DNA from: an uncultured Bacteroidales bacterium
Lineage (GTDB): Bacteria > Bacteroidota > Bacteroidia > Bacteroidales > Bacteroidaceae
Length of the DNA: 64,000 nt
Direction: 5' to 3'
NCBI GenBank assembly: GCA_902788275.1
Contig: CADAJV010000005.1
Coordinates: forward strand, 40,609 to 104,608
In this document: piece by piece, positions 62,593 to 64,000 of the stretch
Numbering within the stretch: the stretch's first letter is position 1
Layout of the letters: every line of letters begins with the position of its first letter
Notes under the pieces: model-generated
The model's input: the letters and a program-made list of their open reading frames with translations, nothing else
Databases searched by the model: none
What the model was told of the DNA's origin: nothing
Made by a program: the position numbers and the translations under genes

Positions 62593-62745
62593 AGAGAGAT
62601 TTACGGGAAGCCAAAAATAATCGCGAGAAGCCGAAATTTAATCGCGCAGGGACAGACCCTCCCTTCGATTATTTTTTGCCTCCTCGCAATAATGTCACGG
62701 CTCCTCGAAATATTGCGTTGGTTTCTTGCAATTATTATCCGTCTC
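62593..62745. repeat. 'TAATCGCG word' element, copy 2 (looser)
   Basis: AAAAATAATCGCGAGAAGCCGAAATTTAATCGCGCAGG, then TCGATTATTTTTT, CGCAATAATG and TTGCAATTATTAT inverted words. Confidence 0.6.
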
Positions 62746-62816
62746 TTCGCAGTGAAACGGGGGCCGGGGGGGTAACGAACGTTACCTCGTTGCCAGATGA
62801 ACTTTTCTGTGTGTTC

Positions 62817-63518
62817 CTACACGCCCTCGTAGTCGTCGATGGTGTCGTTGAGGAAGTCGATAAAAGGTTTGCCGCTCTCAAAGCGGCGGGCCAGCTGGTC
62901 GAGCCAGTCGGGGGCCTGGAAGAAGTCAACGGGCAGGGCGCATCCACTGGCGTACATTCGCGGCTGTAGATAGTGAGGGTAGGGGAAGTCCTTGGGAAAT
63001 CCCTTGGGCATGGTCTTGAGCAGATCGTAGCCAAGGGTGGGGAACGCCTTGCGGAAACGGGGCTCCTCGGCTATCTCGCGGAAGGTGGTGAGGTCTTCCA
63101 CGATGGACATGCGCACCTCGCGCAGGATGTTTGACGGCAGATACCATGTGCCGGCGGCCATGAACGGGCCGTTGAGTCCCTCCCATTGGTCGTCGGTGTC
63201 CGGCGAGGGCGGCTGCACGTGAAAGTAGTAGCCGGCGTGGAAGCTCTGCTTGCCCTTGGCGCTGATATAGCAGCCCAGGTGGGTCTTGTAGGGCGACTTG
63301 TCCTGCGAGAAGCGTACGTCGCGGTAGATGCGGTAGGTGCAGTCTTTTACGTCGAGGTGACTGACGGTGGGGTCAAACTGGCTGATGCGCACCAGCAGAG
63401 CTTTCACTATTTCGTTGAATTGCGAGCGCACTTGGTCGTACCAGGCGCGGTGGGACTGAAACCACTCTCTATTGTTGTTGGCTGCCAGCTCACGGAGGAA
63501 TTGGAATATTTCTTGCAT
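62817..63518 (-). CDS. DUF2461 (TIGR02453) family protein
   Basis: MQEIFQFLRELAANNNREWFQSHRAWY start, YRIYRDVRFSQDKSPYKTH motif. Confidence 0.8.
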   Translation of the reverse strand: MQEIFQFLRELAANNNREWFQSHRAWYDQVRSQFNEIVKALLVRISQFDPTVSHLDVKDCTYRIYRDVRFSQDKSPYKTHLGCYISAKGKQSFHAGYYFHVQPPSPDTDDQWEGLNGPFMAAGTWYLPSNILREVRMSIVEDLTTFREIAEEPRFRKAFPTLGYDLLKTMPKGFPKDFPYPHYLQPRMYASGCALPVDFFQAPDWLDQLARRFESGKPFIDFLNDTIDDYEGV

Positions 63519-63547
63519 GAATGTTGGGGTTTGCGGTTAACGCTCAG

Positions 63548-63682
63548 TCATGAGTCGAGAGTCAAGGGTCGTGAGTGTTAAACGGTTATTGTTTAACGAT
63601 TATTGGTCATTGGTTATCGGTTAACGGTTAACGGTTATGGGTTATAGAATTTCTCTAACCTCTAACCTATAACTTCTAACCT
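63548..63682. repeat. GTCRWGAGT short array, GGTTAWCG/GGTTATTG array, CTCTAACC array
   Basis: Direct reading. Lies between a candidate -7 box (63706-63713) and the DUF2461 start, so it is probably leader RNA. Confidence 0.85.
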
Positions 63683-63705
63683 TTCCGCGTTATTGGTCTG
63701 TGCTG

Positions 63706-63713
63706 CAAAGGTA
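63706..63713 (-). promoter_or_regulatory. Candidate -7 box TACCTTTG about 190 nt upstream of the DUF2461 gene
   Basis: The reverse complement of caaaggta matches TAnnTTTG. Confidence 0.35.
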
Positions 63714-63869
63714 GCAAAATTGTCGGTAGGCAAGAGCGAATCAAGGCAAAAAGAGACAAAAGGTTGCTGCGGGGCAATAATTGTGCGCCTATTATATAAG
63801 GTATTAGGAAAAAAATGTTTAATTTCGCGGCGCAAATTGATATATTTTAACTTTACTAATACCAGAGTT

Positions 63870-64000
63870 ATGAACTTTACTTTATTTTTGACCGTCTTGC
63901 TTACAGGCATCCTGTTTGTGGGGCTGGTGGTGGTACTGGCCGGCTGGCTGGCTCCCCGCTCGTTCAACAAGCAGAAACTGGAGGCTTACGAATGCGGTAT
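63870..64000 (+). CDS. nuoA: NADH-quinone oxidoreductase subunit A (3' end beyond window)
   Basis: MNFTLFLTVLLTGILFVGLVVVLAGWLAPRSFNKQKLEAYECG, hand-translated. Absent from the ORF track because it runs off the window. Confidence 0.8.
   Translation, partial: MNFTLFLTVLLTGILFVGLVVVLAGWLAPRSFNKQKLEAYECG

Overview
This looks like a chromosomal segment from a Bacteroidota (Bacteroidales-like) genome. The taxon is inferred only from TAnnTTTG -7 promoter boxes, the absence of Shine-Dalgarno sites, T9SS-type C-terminal tails and nusB-yajC-ybbR-coaE synteny. About 50 genes are present and most are housekeeping. They include pntAA-pntAB-pntB; etfB-etfA-acyl-CoA dehydrogenase; an ECF sigma/anti-sigma pair; a sialic-acid catabolic locus (lyase, mutarotase-SSS fusion, AGE epimerase, YhcH); groES/groEL; rubrerythrin; clpB; L25-pth-hslR; a pheA-aminotransferase-DAHP synthase/CM-tyrA operon; and the start of nuoA. 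Accessory content comprises a BspA-LRR/dockerin/FGE fusion protein, a T9SS cargo locus with a 3114-aa LamG protein, and an ABC-ATPase + DUF4435 (PARIS-like) pair. No rRNA, tRNA, CRISPR array, transposase or integrase was seen.

The most unusual signal is non-coding. Most intergenic regions are assembled from about a dozen 7-10 bp tandem-array units that occur as inverted pairs, together with at least five families of longer palindromic or 'word' elements.
- Three AT-rich four-helix-bundle genes (23S rRNA IVS-protein / Avd-like family) sit inside operons, including between groES and groEL. Each is bracketed by inverted arrays, resembling rRNA intervening sequences.
- One repeat element is inserted in frame inside a threonine aldolase gene.
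- A heptanucleotide array lies in frame in front of a T9SS sorting tail.
- A Phe/Tyr-rich leader peptide with a terminator/antiterminator pair precedes the pheA operon.

All functional calls come from motif recognition by eye; no searches were run.
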